Shown here one piece after another: positions 27,687 through 38,227 of a DNA stretch of 64,000 nucleotides. Location of the stretch: positions 1 through 64,000 of IMG/VR virus record IMGVR_UViG_3300045049_000234; one strand, written 5' to 3'. The DNA comes from a virus. The notes below the pieces were generated by a model, which did no database searches, was not told where the DNA came from, and worked only from the letters and a program-made list of their open reading frames with translations. Each line of letters begins with the position of its first letter. Positions within the stretch are counted from its first letter, which is position 1. Made by a program: the position numbers and the translations under genes.

Positions 27687-29123
27687 ATGCCTTTCCCCAC
27701 GTTCGTCGAGAAGTACGGTTCTCTCTCCGCCACCGGGCTGGCCAAGGAAACTACCTTCGGTACGCCGATCACCCCGAGCACCTTCCTGCCCATGGCGTCG
27801 AACACCATGGAGGAAGACCCGGGATGGTTCTCCCCGCACCTGATGCAGGGCGCGCGCGACTACCAGATCTACAACCTGTACGGCGAGGCGAAGTACCAAG
27901 GCGCGATTACCGGCCCGATCTTCCCGTCCAACGCCATCCAGTTGCTCTCCGCGTCGATCGGCGCCGACGCCGCCGTGGGCGCGGGCGTGGCGGGCACTAT
28001 CGCCACCCCGACGAACACCACGCTCAACGGCTCCACCACGGCGGGCGCGACCTCCTTCACCGTGACGTCCGCGACCGGTTTCGCCACCGGCCAGGAGGTC
28101 GTCATCGACGTCGGCGGCCTCCAGGAGATTCGGAAGATCTCCAACGTGGTGAGCACCACGATCACCGTGGCGGACGCGCTGACGTTCGCGCACAGCACGG
28201 GTGTGACCGTGTCCACGGGTACCACGACCACCCTGAACGGCGCGCTGACCGCCCCCACCACAACCGTGGTGGTCACCTCCGCCGTCGGTATCACCACCAA
28301 CAGCTTCATCCAGATCGACGTCAACAGCGTGGCGGGCTCCACCACCTCCGAGGTGCGCAAGGTCACCAACATCGTGAGCAACACGCTCACGATCGACCAG
28401 GCGATCAGCTACAACCACGGCAACGGCGCACAGGTCATCCTCGTCACCACGCCGTACACGCACACCTTCAGCCAGGCCAACACGCTGCCGTCGCTGACGG
28501 TGGAGAAGAACATCGGCGGTTTCCAGTCGCTCCAGTTCGCCGGGTGCCGTATCGGCAAGTGGGATCTGAAGGCGCCGGTCGGCAACACGGCGGTGGAGAT
28601 GACCGCAGACCTCTCCGGCCAGTCCGTCGCGGTGCTCAACAGCCCGACGGCCGTCACGGTCGTCAACGAGCTGCCGTACGTGTTCGCGGAAGCGTCGCTG
28701 AACATCTACGGGTCGGCGCGCACCGAGGCCAGCAACGTCGCCATCACGATCGACAACGGCTTGAAGGAGACCTACACCTACTCCGGGCAGCACGGCCCCT
28801 CGTTCATCACGCCGCTGACGGTGCACGCGTCGGGCACGCTCGACATGGTGTTCGACTCGCTCAACGACGCGACGTACGGCGACTTCAACCGTATGGCCAA
28901 CGGCACGCTGGGCGCGCTGTCCTTCTCGCTGGTACACCCGACCAACGGCGGCACGATCACCGTCAACCTTCCGCAGATCGCACTGAGCAAGTTCGCGAAC
29001 GATCTGAAGATGGAGGACGTGGTGATGTCCTCGCTCTCGTACGAGGCCACCCGCATGCTGACCGGCTCCAGCCAGTACACGGTTCAGGCGACCGTGGTCA
29101 ACTCCGCTTACCTCCCCTACTGA
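27687..29123 (+). CDS. major tail tube protein with two inserted beta domains
   Basis: GLAKETTFGT start, YTHTF, PSLTVEK; precedes chaperone and tape measure. Confidence 0.85.
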   Translation: MPFPTFVEKYGSLSATGLAKETTFGTPITPSTFLPMASNTMEEDPGWFSPHLMQGARDYQIYNLYGEAKYQGAITGPIFPSNAIQLLSASIGADAAVGAGVAGTIATPTNTTLNGSTTAGATSFTVTSATGFATGQEVVIDVGGLQEIRKISNVVSTTITVADALTFAHSTGVTVSTGTTTTLNGALTAPTTTVVVTSAVGITTNSFIQIDVNSVAGSTTSEVRKVTNIVSNTLTIDQAISYNHGNGAQVILVTTPYTHTFSQANTLPSLTVEKNIGGFQSLQFAGCRIGKWDLKAPVGNTAVEMTADLSGQSVAVLNSPTAVTVVNELPYVFAEASLNIYGSARTEASNVAITIDNGLKETYTYSGQHGPSFITPLTVHASGTLDMVFDSLNDATYGDFNRMANGTLGALSFSLVHPTNGGTITVNLPQIALSKFANDLKMEDVVMSSLSYEATRMLTGSSQYTVQATVVNSAYLPY

Positions 29124-29132
29124 TACTCCGGG

Positions 29133-29624
29133 ATGCCGCTGATGGGCTTTCTCTCGCATTACTCCGGCGCGCAGCGCATCGAACTGGGCGACGGCTACTG
29201 GGTGGACGTGAAGAAGTGCCTTACCGTCGCGGAGAAGCAGCGCGCCGAATCCGCGCTCACCTCCAATCCGGTGGTGGACATGAACGGCAACGGCACCGCG
29301 AAGGTGGACATGCCGGGGTTCCACAACGAGATGATGTGCGCTTCGATCGTCGCGTGGAACCTGGATGACGATGACGGCACCGTGTGGCCGCTCGCACCGG
29401 ACCGCACTAAGCGGGCGAACATCGCGCGGCTGCCCGCTCCGGTGTTCGACGTCATCTGGCGTGTCATCAACGAGCTGAACGGCCCGCAGCCCAAGGACGA
29501 ACGGGTGCGATTTCCTGTCAACGGCGTCGGCGGCGATCCGGATGGGGACGGCGGGACCGCCGTCGTTGGGGACGTTCAGCCTGGAGCAGCAGCTCTGGCA
29601 GAGACTGGGCCTGCATCTGAGTGA
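29133..29624 (+). CDS. tail assembly chaperone (G)
   Basis: synteny; SIVAWNL.DDDG..WPL...NIARLP motif. Confidence 0.8.
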   Translation: MPLMGFLSHYSGAQRIELGDGYWVDVKKCLTVAEKQRAESALTSNPVVDMNGNGTAKVDMPGFHNEMMCASIVAWNLDDDDGTVWPLAPDRTKRANIARLPAPVFDVIWRVINELNGPQPKDERVRFPVNGVGGDPDGDGGTAVVGDVQPGAAALAETGPASE

Positions 29625-29751
29625 CCTTGAGGACCGGCCGTGGCGCGAGGTGCAGGAGTACATCACCTACATCGAGCTGATATGCCGGGAAGAGGAAGCC
29701 AGACGGGCGCGGGCGTCGAGGGGAGGCGGTGGCAATGGCGGTCGGCGCTGA
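29512..29751 (+). CDS. tail assembly chaperone T segment, probably reached by +1 frameshift
   Basis: open +1 frame from TTTC at 29511-29514 to 29751, overlapping the tape-measure start. Confidence 0.65.
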   Translation, partial: FLSTASAAIRMGTAGPPSLGTFSLEQQLWQRLGLHLSDLEDRPWREVQEYITYIELICREEEARRARASRGGGGNGGRR

Positions 29752-32700
29752 GGCGTTCACCGTGCTGGCGATCTTGGAGGCGCGCGACCGCGCGTCCGAG
29801 GTGTGGGATCGCATGTCCACGTCGGTGAACAAGTTCTCCGAGACGATGGGCAAGGCTGCCGAAACGACCAAGGTTGCCGGTGAGTCCATTGACGAAAGCC
29901 TGCTGAAGACCGCCTCGGGTACCGACGCACTGGACCTGGCCACCGCCCGCGTGGAGGCGGCGCAGACTAAGGCGGCGATGGCGACGGATGGGCTGGCCAA
30001 CGCCGAGCGCAAGCTGATGGACGCGCAGCGCGAAGCCGCGTCTGCGGCGGACGACGACGTGGCGGCCACACAGCGGCTGGTGGTGGCCTCCGAGGAGTAC
30101 TCGAAGGCACAGAAGACGGCCGCCGACGCCACCAAGGGTCTGCGGGACGCCGAGGCTGGCCAGAAGGCCGTACAGGACGCCCTGGCCGCCTCGCAGGACA
30201 CCGTCACCGGCAAGACCGCGAAGTCGTCCGGGATGCTGGGCGCGATGGCGGGGACGCTGGGCAAAGTCGGTATCGGCATGGGGATCGCCGGTGGCCTCAT
30301 GGTGAAGGCCGCCGGTGACTTCCAGTCCTCCACCGAGCACCTGGTCACGGACGCGGGCGAGTCGCAGTCCCAGATCGAGAAGATCCGCTCCGGCATGCTC
30401 CAGATCGGCGCGGCCACCGGCACCACATCCGCCGAGATCAGCGCCGGTATGTACCACATCGAGTCCAGCCTGCCGCAGGTGGGCAACGCCTCCGATCGCG
30501 CCGCCAAGGCGCTGGAATACCTCCAGGTTGCCGCGCAGGGCGCGAAGGTGGGCAACGCGTCGTTGGACACCGTCTCGAAGGCCCTGGTCGGCACCATGGA
30601 TGCCTATGCGTCCAAGGGCTACACCGCCACGCAGATGATGAACGCCCTGATCTCCACCGTGTCCGCCGGTGACATGAAGATGGAAGACCTCGCCGGAGGC
30701 CTGGGCAACGTCGCCCCGCTGGCGGCTTCGGCCGGTTTGAGCTTCAGCCAGGTGGGCGGCGCCATCGCGGTGATGACGGCGCAGAACATGTCCGCCGACC
30801 AGGCGATGCAGGATCTGGCCAACTCCATCCGCTCGTTGCAGAACCCGAACAACGTCGCTATTCAGGAGATGGCGCAGCTCGGGATCAACGCGAACGACGT
30901 CTCGTCGAACCTGGGCAAGCGCGGGCTGACGGGCACGCTCGACATGTTCACGGAGGCGCTGGCCAAGCACACGCACGGCGGCCAGGTGTTCATCGACACG
31001 CTGAAGAACTCCGAGATCGCGTCGCAGAACCTGAAGACCGCGATGGGCCAGTTGCCCCCCGGGATGCAGAGCATGGCCAAGGGGCTGCTGGACGGCAGCG
31101 TGACGGCGCAGCAGTGGACCAAGGCGATCAAGGACATGCCGGTCAGTCAGCAGAACCTTGGCCACCAGTTCCTGCTGATGGCCAAGCAAGCTGACTCGTT
31201 CAACCAGCTCCTGAAGTCGGGCAAGCCCGAGGCGCAGAGCTTCAACGCCGCATTGGCGCAGATGATGGGCGGCGCGACGGGCCTGAACACGGCGCTGATG
31301 CTCACCGGGCCGAACATGGCGACGTACCAGGCGAACGTCGATAAGATCGGCGAGGCGCTGAACAGCAAGGCCAAGGACGTGGACAACTGGTCCGCGATCC
31401 AAGGCACCTTCAATCAGAAGATGTCCGTCGCGAAGGTCTCGATCGAGAACACCGGTATCGCGATCGGCACGGCGATGCTTCCGGCTGTGACGGCCATGGT
31501 GGACGCCATCATGAAGGTGGTCAAGCCGATCGCGGAGTGGGCCGAAGGCCACCAGCACCTCGCCGGTATCATCTTCGGCTCGGTCGGCGGGTTCATGCTC
31601 CTGGTCGGCGCCATCAACCTGGGCGTCAAGGCGTTCAAGTCGATCGAGAGCGCCGTCAAGGCGGTCAACACCGTGTTCATGACGCTCGGAAAGTGGCTGG
31701 GTATCGTCAAGGATCAGCAGGCGGCTGCGGCTGCGGCGACCAGCGCGGAGGCGGCGGCGGAGGACGCGCAGGCCGCTTCCACCGACGCCGCCACCGTGTC
31801 CACCGAGGCGAACACGGCAGCGACGGACGCGAACAATGCCAGCATGCTCGCGTCCACGGTGATGCTCGGCCGCGCAGCGGCAGGCTTCGTCGCTATGAAG
31901 GTGGCACAGATCGCGCAGACTGTGGCGTCACGGGCGGCGACGGCGGCGCAGTGGCTGCTGAACGCGGCGATGGACGCCATGCCGATCTTCTTGATTATCT
32001 CGGCCATCGCGGCGCTGGTGGCGGGTTTCATCTACCTGTGGAATCACAGCAAGGCGTTTCGAGACTTCTGGATCGATCTGTGGCATGGCATCAAGGACGC
32101 AGCCGAGGCCGTGTGGCACTTCCTGGATCAGGCGTTCCACGACATCGTTCAGTGGACGAAAGATGCCTGGCATGGGGTGCAGGACGCCACGGAGGCTGTG
32201 TGGCGATTCCTCAAGCGCGCCTTCAATGACATTGTTCAGGCGTTGAGGGACGCCTGGCGTGCAGTTCAGGACGCAACCGAAGCCACGTGGAACTTCATCA
32301 AGCGGATATTCGACGACATCGTGCACGCGATCGAGGCCGCCTGGCATGCAGTCCAGAACGCGACGCGCACCGTTTGGGGATGGATCAAGGACCTCATACA
32401 AGGCCAGGTAAACGCGGTCCGAAGCATCCTTGATTGGTTCGGATCACTGCCGGGCAAGTTCTATGACTGGTTCCAGCGTGCTAGAAACGCGATCATCGAC
32501 CGGGTGCAGGACGCGCTCAACTGGCTCGGGGGGCTGGGCGGACGCATCCTGGGCGCCATCGGCGATCTGGGCAACCTGTTGTACAACATCGGCGCGTCGA
32601 TCCTCAACGGCCTGTGGAGCGGCATGAAGGACGCGTGGAACAGCATGACCAGTTGGATTGGCAGCATCGGCAATTGGATCTCGAACCTGAAGGGTCCGAT

Positions 32701-33007
32701 CGAGGTTGACGCCGTGCTGCTCACCCCGCACGGCCACGAGATCATGCAGGGCCTGATGAAGGGCATGAAGGCCGAGATGCCAGCGCTCGAAGCCCAGCTC
32801 GGCGGCATCACGGCCACGATCAAGGGCGGCGTCGCCGGACCGTCGCTCGCTCCCGCCGTGGGCGGCGGGGGAGGCGGTGGCGTGTACATCGACCTGCGCG
32901 GCAGCCAGGTGATGTCCGATCGCGACATGGACAACCTGATCAACAAGCTGGGCCGCGCATTGGCGGTCCGGGTCGGACCGCAGGGCGGCCTGCGCGTGGC
33001 GATGTAG
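29735..33007 (+). CDS. tape measure protein
   Basis: ~1090 aa Ala-rich helical protein, TP901-type core, Trp-periodic C-terminal repeats. Confidence 0.93.
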   Translation: MAVGAEAFTVLAILEARDRASEVWDRMSTSVNKFSETMGKAAETTKVAGESIDESLLKTASGTDALDLATARVEAAQTKAAMATDGLANAERKLMDAQREAASAADDDVAATQRLVVASEEYSKAQKTAADATKGLRDAEAGQKAVQDALAASQDTVTGKTAKSSGMLGAMAGTLGKVGIGMGIAGGLMVKAAGDFQSSTEHLVTDAGESQSQIEKIRSGMLQIGAATGTTSAEISAGMYHIESSLPQVGNASDRAAKALEYLQVAAQGAKVGNASLDTVSKALVGTMDAYASKGYTATQMMNALISTVSAGDMKMEDLAGGLGNVAPLAASAGLSFSQVGGAIAVMTAQNMSADQAMQDLANSIRSLQNPNNVAIQEMAQLGINANDVSSNLGKRGLTGTLDMFTEALAKHTHGGQVFIDTLKNSEIASQNLKTAMGQLPPGMQSMAKGLLDGSVTAQQWTKAIKDMPVSQQNLGHQFLLMAKQADSFNQLLKSGKPEAQSFNAALAQMMGGATGLNTALMLTGPNMATYQANVDKIGEALNSKAKDVDNWSAIQGTFNQKMSVAKVSIENTGIAIGTAMLPAVTAMVDAIMKVVKPIAEWAEGHQHLAGIIFGSVGGFMLLVGAINLGVKAFKSIESAVKAVNTVFMTLGKWLGIVKDQQAAAAAATSAEAAAEDAQAASTDAATVSTEANTAATDANNASMLASTVMLGRAAAGFVAMKVAQIAQTVASRAATAAQWLLNAAMDAMPIFLIISAIAALVAGFIYLWNHSKAFRDFWIDLWHGIKDAAEAVWHFLDQAFHDIVQWTKDAWHGVQDATEAVWRFLKRAFNDIVQALRDAWRAVQDATEATWNFIKRIFDDIVHAIEAAWHAVQNATRTVWGWIKDLIQGQVNAVRSILDWFGSLPGKFYDWFQRARNAIIDRVQDALNWLGGLGGRILGAIGDLGNLLYNIGASILNGLWSGMKDAWNSMTSWIGSIGNWISNLKGPIEVDAVLLTPHGHEIMQGLMKGMKAEMPALEAQLGGITATIKGGVAGPSLAPAVGGGGGGGVYIDLRGSQVMSDRDMDNLINKLGRALAVRVGPQGGLRVAM

Positions 33008-33018
33008 AAGGGTGCGAC

Positions 33019-34413
33019 ATGCCTACACCGGCCGCCAGCATCAGCGTCACGGTCACACCGCCCGGCGGGTCGCCGACCAACTACACCAACAACCTCGCGT
33101 ACAGCGGCGCATATCAGCAGTTCAGCATCACGCAGAACTTCGGACGCCAGGGGGATACCGCCACCATCCCCCTGGTGGACGACTGGCAGGGGCGCACGAC
33201 GCCGCACTTCTACATCCCGGTGCTCTCACAGGTCTCCGTGGTGGACAACAACAGCGGAGTGAACCTGTTCTCCGGCGTGGTGAACAACCCGACGCTGACG
33301 GTGGACGGCCCGAACCGCAACGAATGGACGTTGCAGTGCACTGACTACACGTTCTACGCGGACAACGCCATCGTGCAGGGCGTATTCAACGGCCTGTCGG
33401 TGGACCAGATCGCCATCGCGCTGACACAGCAGGCGAACTGCGGCATCACCGCCGCGTCCACGCTGCACGGCGGGTTCGTCGCGCCAGCACCCGTGTTGAC
33501 GCAGGTCAACTTCAACTGGGTGAAGCTGTCCGACGCGTGGCGCAAGCTGGCGCAGCTCGCCAGCTCGTCCACGCCATACGGCTGGTACGTGGACCAGAAC
33601 AGGGCGCTGCACTTCTTCGACTCCACCACCGCCATCAGCTCCGGTGTGACGCTGACGACGAACCCGACCGGCACGGCGGGTTCCACGACGCAGGCACACA
33701 TCGCCCTGGACGGGTCGATGGGGTACAACTTCGACGGCACCACGATCCGGAACCGGATCATCGTGCAGGGCGCGAACCAGACGGTGATCACCAGCCTGAC
33801 GGGGCGGCCCACGGACACGTGGCGGGCCGACGGGGTTCAGAACTCTTGGCCGCTGCGCTACACCGTCACCGGATCGCCGGTCCTGACGGTCAACGGGACG
33901 GCCACCAGCGTGACCGTGGTCAACGCGGGCGGCAGCGCGCCGTCGTCCGGATGGTCCATCCAGCAGAACGCAATCGGGCAGTGGTTCCTGATCGACACCG
34001 CCACCCCGGCGGCGGGCACCTCGATCAAGATCTGGTACAACTACCAGATTCCCATCGTGGCGCAGGCCAACGACACCACCTCGCAGGCGACGTACACCGG
34101 GCCGAACGGCGGGGTGTACACGGAGTACATCCAGGACACGTCCCTGATCACCACATCCATGGCGGTGTCCCGCGCGCAGCGCGAGCGCACGGAGTACGCG
34201 TTCGCCGCCGAACGGCTCACGGTGAACACGACAGAGGACTTCCTCGGGTGGATTCGCGCCGGGGAGACGTTCCAGTTCGTCAGCTCCCTGGTCAACGACT
34301 CGCAGAACAGCAACACGTGGTCGATCAACGACACGTTCCTGTGCATCTCGAATCAGGTCACGTTCGGCAGCGGCGGTTACCGCACGATGAGCCTGAGCGG
34401 CGTGCGCATCTAA
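33019..34413 (+). CDS. minor tail/baseplate hub protein
   Basis: follows tape measure; WYVDQNRALHF, IRNRIIVQG. Confidence 0.75.
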   Translation: MPTPAASISVTVTPPGGSPTNYTNNLAYSGAYQQFSITQNFGRQGDTATIPLVDDWQGRTTPHFYIPVLSQVSVVDNNSGVNLFSGVVNNPTLTVDGPNRNEWTLQCTDYTFYADNAIVQGVFNGLSVDQIAIALTQQANCGITAASTLHGGFVAPAPVLTQVNFNWVKLSDAWRKLAQLASSSTPYGWYVDQNRALHFFDSTTAISSGVTLTTNPTGTAGSTTQAHIALDGSMGYNFDGTTIRNRIIVQGANQTVITSLTGRPTDTWRADGVQNSWPLRYTVTGSPVLTVNGTATSVTVVNAGGSAPSSGWSIQQNAIGQWFLIDTATPAAGTSIKIWYNYQIPIVAQANDTTSQATYTGPNGGVYTEYIQDTSLITTSMAVSRAQRERTEYAFAAERLTVNTTEDFLGWIRAGETFQFVSSLVNDSQNSNTWSINDTFLCISNQVTFGSGGYRTMSLSGVRI

Positions 34414-34423
34414 GGGGGTCACC

Positions 34424-34648
34424 TTGCCCGGCGTCCTGCGTCCCTACACACTGGTGGACGTCCTATCCACCATCAACAGCCAGAACGGCCAGGGGTCGAT
34501 GGGCAACCCGACCACGCTGACGGTGCCGCTCAGCAGCATCGCCGAGGCGGACGAGACGGTGGTCAGCGCCGACAGCGCGTTCGTCTCCACGCAGACGGGC
34601 GCCGCGTTGTGGGATCAGGGGGTGTGGAGTGCGGGTACGTGGAGTTGA
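34424..34648 (+). CDS. small tail protein
   Basis: AAGGGGG RBS, TTG start, WDQGVWSAGTW terminus. Confidence 0.65.
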   Translation: MPGVLRPYTLVDVLSTINSQNGQGSMGNPTTLTVPLSSIAEADETVVSADSAFVSTQTGAALWDQGVWSAGTWS

Positions 34649-35156
34649 TCACGTCGCGTTCCGGGGGCGCCTGAAGCTCAGCGTCCTTGACGCGGCGGGC
34701 CGCGTGGTGGACGAGCGCGAAGGCGACAATGTGGTGTGCACCACCGGCTATACGGCCATCGCCGCCGCGCTGGCGTGGTCGGGTATCCAGGACCAGGCGG
34801 CGAACCTGGGCATCACCACACCCACGTACCTGACGCCGCTGTACGGCGCGGTCGGCTCCGGTGCGGGGGCCGTCGCGAAGGCGGATACGCAGCTCCAGAC
34901 GGAGTTGGGGCGCGTCGTGGTGTCCGGTACCGGGGCCACGCCCGCGTCCGCGAGCATCGCGGCGCAGACCACATGGCTGTTCTACTTCCCGAACCCACCG
35001 TCCACGTGGACGGTGGCCGAGGCGGGCGTCTTCGCAAACGCGTCGGCGACGGCGAACTCCGGATCGATGATCGACCACTGGTCGTTCTCGCCGTCGGTGC
35101 CCGTGCCGACCACGAACACGCTCGTGCTTGAGGTAAGCCTGCTGTTCGGCCCGTAG
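34629..35156 (+). CDS. minor tail protein
   Basis: NVVCTTG...AVGSG...DTQL.TELGR...EAGVF pattern of tail-fibre/baseplate proteins; start uncertain. Confidence 0.75.
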   Translation: MRVRGVDHVAFRGRLKLSVLDAAGRVVDEREGDNVVCTTGYTAIAAALAWSGIQDQAANLGITTPTYLTPLYGAVGSGAGAVAKADTQLQTELGRVVVSGTGATPASASIAAQTTWLFYFPNPPSTWTVAEAGVFANASATANSGSMIDHWSFSPSVPVPTTNTLVLEVSLLFGP

Positions 35157-35164
35157 GAGGGGAC

Positions 35165-35905
35165 ATGGCCGGTCCCTCGTGGCTGGCGGCAACCGCCGGG
35201 CAGCCCGCCTATGCCGGGCAGCTCAATCAGTTCCTGGCGAGCCATGGGGCTACATGGCTGTACGCGGGTACCCAACAGGCCGCGCAAACCACCGGTAACG
35301 CCGTCTATTCTGCGAGCAACGGGCAGTACATCGCGCAGTCGTTCACCACCGGCGTGTCGCAGACCGCTGTCGGCCAGGTGTGGCTCCAGGTCAGCGCGGT
35401 CGGCGGCTCCCCCGTTACGCAGGCCATACCGCCGCTCACCCTGGCGCTGTACGCAAGCTCCGGGGGCGCCCCCACCGGTGCAGCGCTGGGCAGCGTCGCC
35501 GTGAACGAGACATACGTGTACAACGCCCCCTTCTGGGTGCAGTTCCCGCTCGCGGTGAGCGGGCTGACGCCGAGCACGGTCTATCAACTGGTTACCTTCC
35601 CCGCCGGTGCATCCGCGAACTACTACGCTTGGCAGCACTCGAACCAGGTCATCGGCGGTTCCCTGAGCGCGGACGGCGTCACCTGGACGACACAGGCATT
35701 CGGCTTCATGTACCAGGTCTTCGATCAGAGCGCGGGCGGCAACCTGCTGTACATCACCGAGGACGGCGGTGCGCGCTGGACCAGCCTCACCTATGACGCG
35801 TTCAACCGGGTGAGCACCATCACGGAGTACACCACTGGCGCGACCGCACTGACTTCGGTGCGCACCTTCGCCTACAGCAACGGCAGCTTAACGGGGGTGA
35901 GTTGA
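35165..35905 (+). CDS. minor tail protein, paralog A
   Basis: shares NQFLASH, YIAQSFT, EDGGARWTSL with 37493-38218. Confidence 0.75.
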   Translation: MAGPSWLAATAGQPAYAGQLNQFLASHGATWLYAGTQQAAQTTGNAVYSASNGQYIAQSFTTGVSQTAVGQVWLQVSAVGGSPVTQAIPPLTLALYASSGGAPTGAALGSVAVNETYVYNAPFWVQFPLAVSGLTPSTVYQLVTFPAGASANYYAWQHSNQVIGGSLSADGVTWTTQAFGFMYQVFDQSAGGNLLYITEDGGARWTSLTYDAFNRVSTITEYTTGATALTSVRTFAYSNGSLTGVS

Positions 35906-35906
35906 A

Positions 35907-37493
35907 GTGCCCTACCTGGCCTCTTCCGTGTCGGTGATGGACTACGGGGCCGACCCCACCGGGGTAGCGGACTCCACCAGCGCGTTCAACAGCGCGCTGG
36001 CCGCCGTGAACACGGCTGGTGGCGGTGTGGTATACGCCCCGGCGGGAACCTTCAAGATCAGCCCTTCGGGTAGCCCTGCGGTGGGAATCAGCTTCATGGG
36101 GGGCGGCGCGGCCGGATACCAAGGTGTGCGCCTGGTGGGCGCCGGGAACGATGCGACGTTCCTTTCCCGTAACGGCAACGGCACGTTGGTGCAGTTCTCC
36201 GGGCCGTCCACTTCGCCGGGCACCGGCTCGACCCACACGCGGTATTGCTCGCTGGAGTCGATCGCGATCAACGGCAACAACGGGACGGGCGCTGCCATCC
36301 AGTGCTACTACGTGGACAACATCCTGCTGCGCGATGTGTTCGTGAACAACAACGGCGACATTGTGCTGGATTCGACGGAGTTCTGGGACAGCCGCATCCT
36401 GTCGTGCGTGTTCGGCGGCTCCGGCAGCACCACGCCGAGCGCCGCCGCGCCCAATGTCTACCTGCGCAATTCTTCGGCTGCCAGCGGGTTCGGCAACTCG
36501 ACCGGAACCACCAACAACATCGTGGTTGACAACTGCCGTTTCGAGGCTTTCCTTACCGGCGCGCTGTGGGTCGCTCAGGGGACCGGCAGCAGCTCCGGCC
36601 CGAACACGATCTTCGTCAAGAACTGCAAGATGGAGACCAGCACGGTCAACGGCGGCTCCCACCTGTCTGTGGACGCCAACACCCGCGCCGCGTTCGTGGA
36701 CGGCTTGTACATCTACTCCGGCGGCTTCCAGGGGGGATTCTCCACGGCGCAGGACACGATCACCTGGTCCGGGCAGGACAGCGCGTTGACCAACGTACTG
36801 ATCTCCACCGGTTCCCCCGTAACGGTCGCCAACGGCGTCACCGTCAACTCCACGGTCTCGGGGCAGAACGCGGTGCTGCGCAACGTCTACGGCACCTACA
36901 CCAGCGCGCCAACCGGCAAGCACGTGAACATCGGAACGTCCACCGGCAGCTTCGTGATCGACAACTGCCATTTCAACGGAACCGACCCGAGCATCCTGAA
37001 CCAGATCACCGAGTGGATCGCGTCGGCCTCCTCCGTGAACGTGTACGGTTCCTCCGTGGCCGGGGACACCGTCCACCGGTTCACCTCCAACGCCAAGGGC
37101 GACTTCACCTGGAGCAGCGGCACGGCCACAGCGGACGTGGTGATGTCGCGCACCGCCGCCGGGGTGATGTCATTCACCTCCGGCATCCTTGACCCGCAGG
37201 CGGGCACCAAGACCGCAGCAGCGGCGGCGGCGCTCACCCCGACGTTCGCGAACGGGACGGCCGCCCAGCTCACCGACCTCACGCGCGACTACATGGTCTA
37301 TTTCACGGTGGGCACGGCGGGCACCGCCATGACCATTGCGATCGGCCCGACATCCACACCGGCGAACACGATCGTTTCATCTTCGACCGCCACCTCCGGC
37401 GAGGTGTACTCATTCAGGCTGCCCGCCGGTTGGTTCGTAAAGTGGTCGGCGACAACGGCGACGCTGGCTAACCAGATCGCGATCGGCTGCTGA
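35907..37493 (+). CDS. tailspike, pectate-lyase-like beta-helix
   Basis: SVMDYGADPTGVADSTSAFNSAL...GGVVYAPAGTF. Confidence 0.85.
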   Translation: MPYLASSVSVMDYGADPTGVADSTSAFNSALAAVNTAGGGVVYAPAGTFKISPSGSPAVGISFMGGGAAGYQGVRLVGAGNDATFLSRNGNGTLVQFSGPSTSPGTGSTHTRYCSLESIAINGNNGTGAAIQCYYVDNILLRDVFVNNNGDIVLDSTEFWDSRILSCVFGGSGSTTPSAAAPNVYLRNSSAASGFGNSTGTTNNIVVDNCRFEAFLTGALWVAQGTGSSSGPNTIFVKNCKMETSTVNGGSHLSVDANTRAAFVDGLYIYSGGFQGGFSTAQDTITWSGQDSALTNVLISTGSPVTVANGVTVNSTVSGQNAVLRNVYGTYTSAPTGKHVNIGTSTGSFVIDNCHFNGTDPSILNQITEWIASASSVNVYGSSVAGDTVHRFTSNAKGDFTWSSGTATADVVMSRTAAGVMSFTSGILDPQAGTKTAAAAAALTPTFANGTAAQLTDLTRDYMVYFTVGTAGTAMTIAIGPTSTPANTIVSSSTATSGEVYSFRLPAGWFVKWSATTATLANQIAIGC

Positions 37494-38218
37494 TGGCGAC
37501 CCCCTCCTGGATCGCCGCCACCCCGGGATTCGCACCGTTGGCGAGCGAAGTGAACCAGCTCTTGGCAACGCACGCTTTCAACTGCGTGTATACCGGCACG
37601 CTGCTGGGCTCGTCCACGACGCTGTCCGGCTCCGCCACAAACACGAACGGCCTGTACATCGCGCAGTCGTTCACGCCGGGCGCGCAGACTGCGCAACGGT
37701 GGATTTTCACCCTTGCCGTGACCGGTACCCCGACGGCGCTGACGTTGTCGATTCAAACCGACAACGCCGGGGCGCCGTCGGGTACCGCGCTGTCCACCAC
37801 TGTGATTCCGGCGCTGTTCGTGCCCGGCGCGGCGGGGCAGGTGAGCGTGCCGACGGCGCCTGTCACGTTCGCCGCCGCGACGCAGTACTGGGCTGTGTTC
37901 AACGCCGTCGGCGACGTCAGCAACTTCTACTCGGTCAGCCGCACCACGGCCGCGTCCGGGGTGTCCACGTCGCCGAACGGCACAGCGTGGACAGGGCAGG
38001 CGTACGGGATGTACTACCAGCGGTTCGACAACAGCGTGACCGGTTCATTGCTGCACACGTACGAGGACTCCGGGGCGCGGTGGACGTCGCTGGCGTGGAA
38101 CGCGACCAACACCCCGTCCACGGTGCAGGAGTACACCGTCGCGCAGGGTGCCAACCAGTCGTTCGCGTCATCGCGTGCATTCTCATACACCAACGGCCTG
38201 ATTTCATCGATTGCATAG
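37493..38218 (+). CDS. minor tail protein, paralog B
   Basis: NQLLATH, YIAQSFT, EDSGARWTSL. Confidence 0.75.
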   Translation: MATPSWIAATPGFAPLASEVNQLLATHAFNCVYTGTLLGSSTTLSGSATNTNGLYIAQSFTPGAQTAQRWIFTLAVTGTPTALTLSIQTDNAGAPSGTALSTTVIPALFVPGAAGQVSVPTAPVTFAAATQYWAVFNAVGDVSNFYSVSRTTAASGVSTSPNGTAWTGQAYGMYYQRFDNSVTGSLLHTYEDSGARWTSLAWNATNTPSTVQEYTVAQGANQSFASSRAFSYTNGLISSIA

Positions 38219-38227
38219 GGGGTCGCC

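Noticed and set aside
32030-32700. Lower-GC periodic stretch inside the tape measure gene
   Set aside because: It corresponds to the usual Trp/Phe-periodic helical repeats of tape measure proteins, not an insertion.
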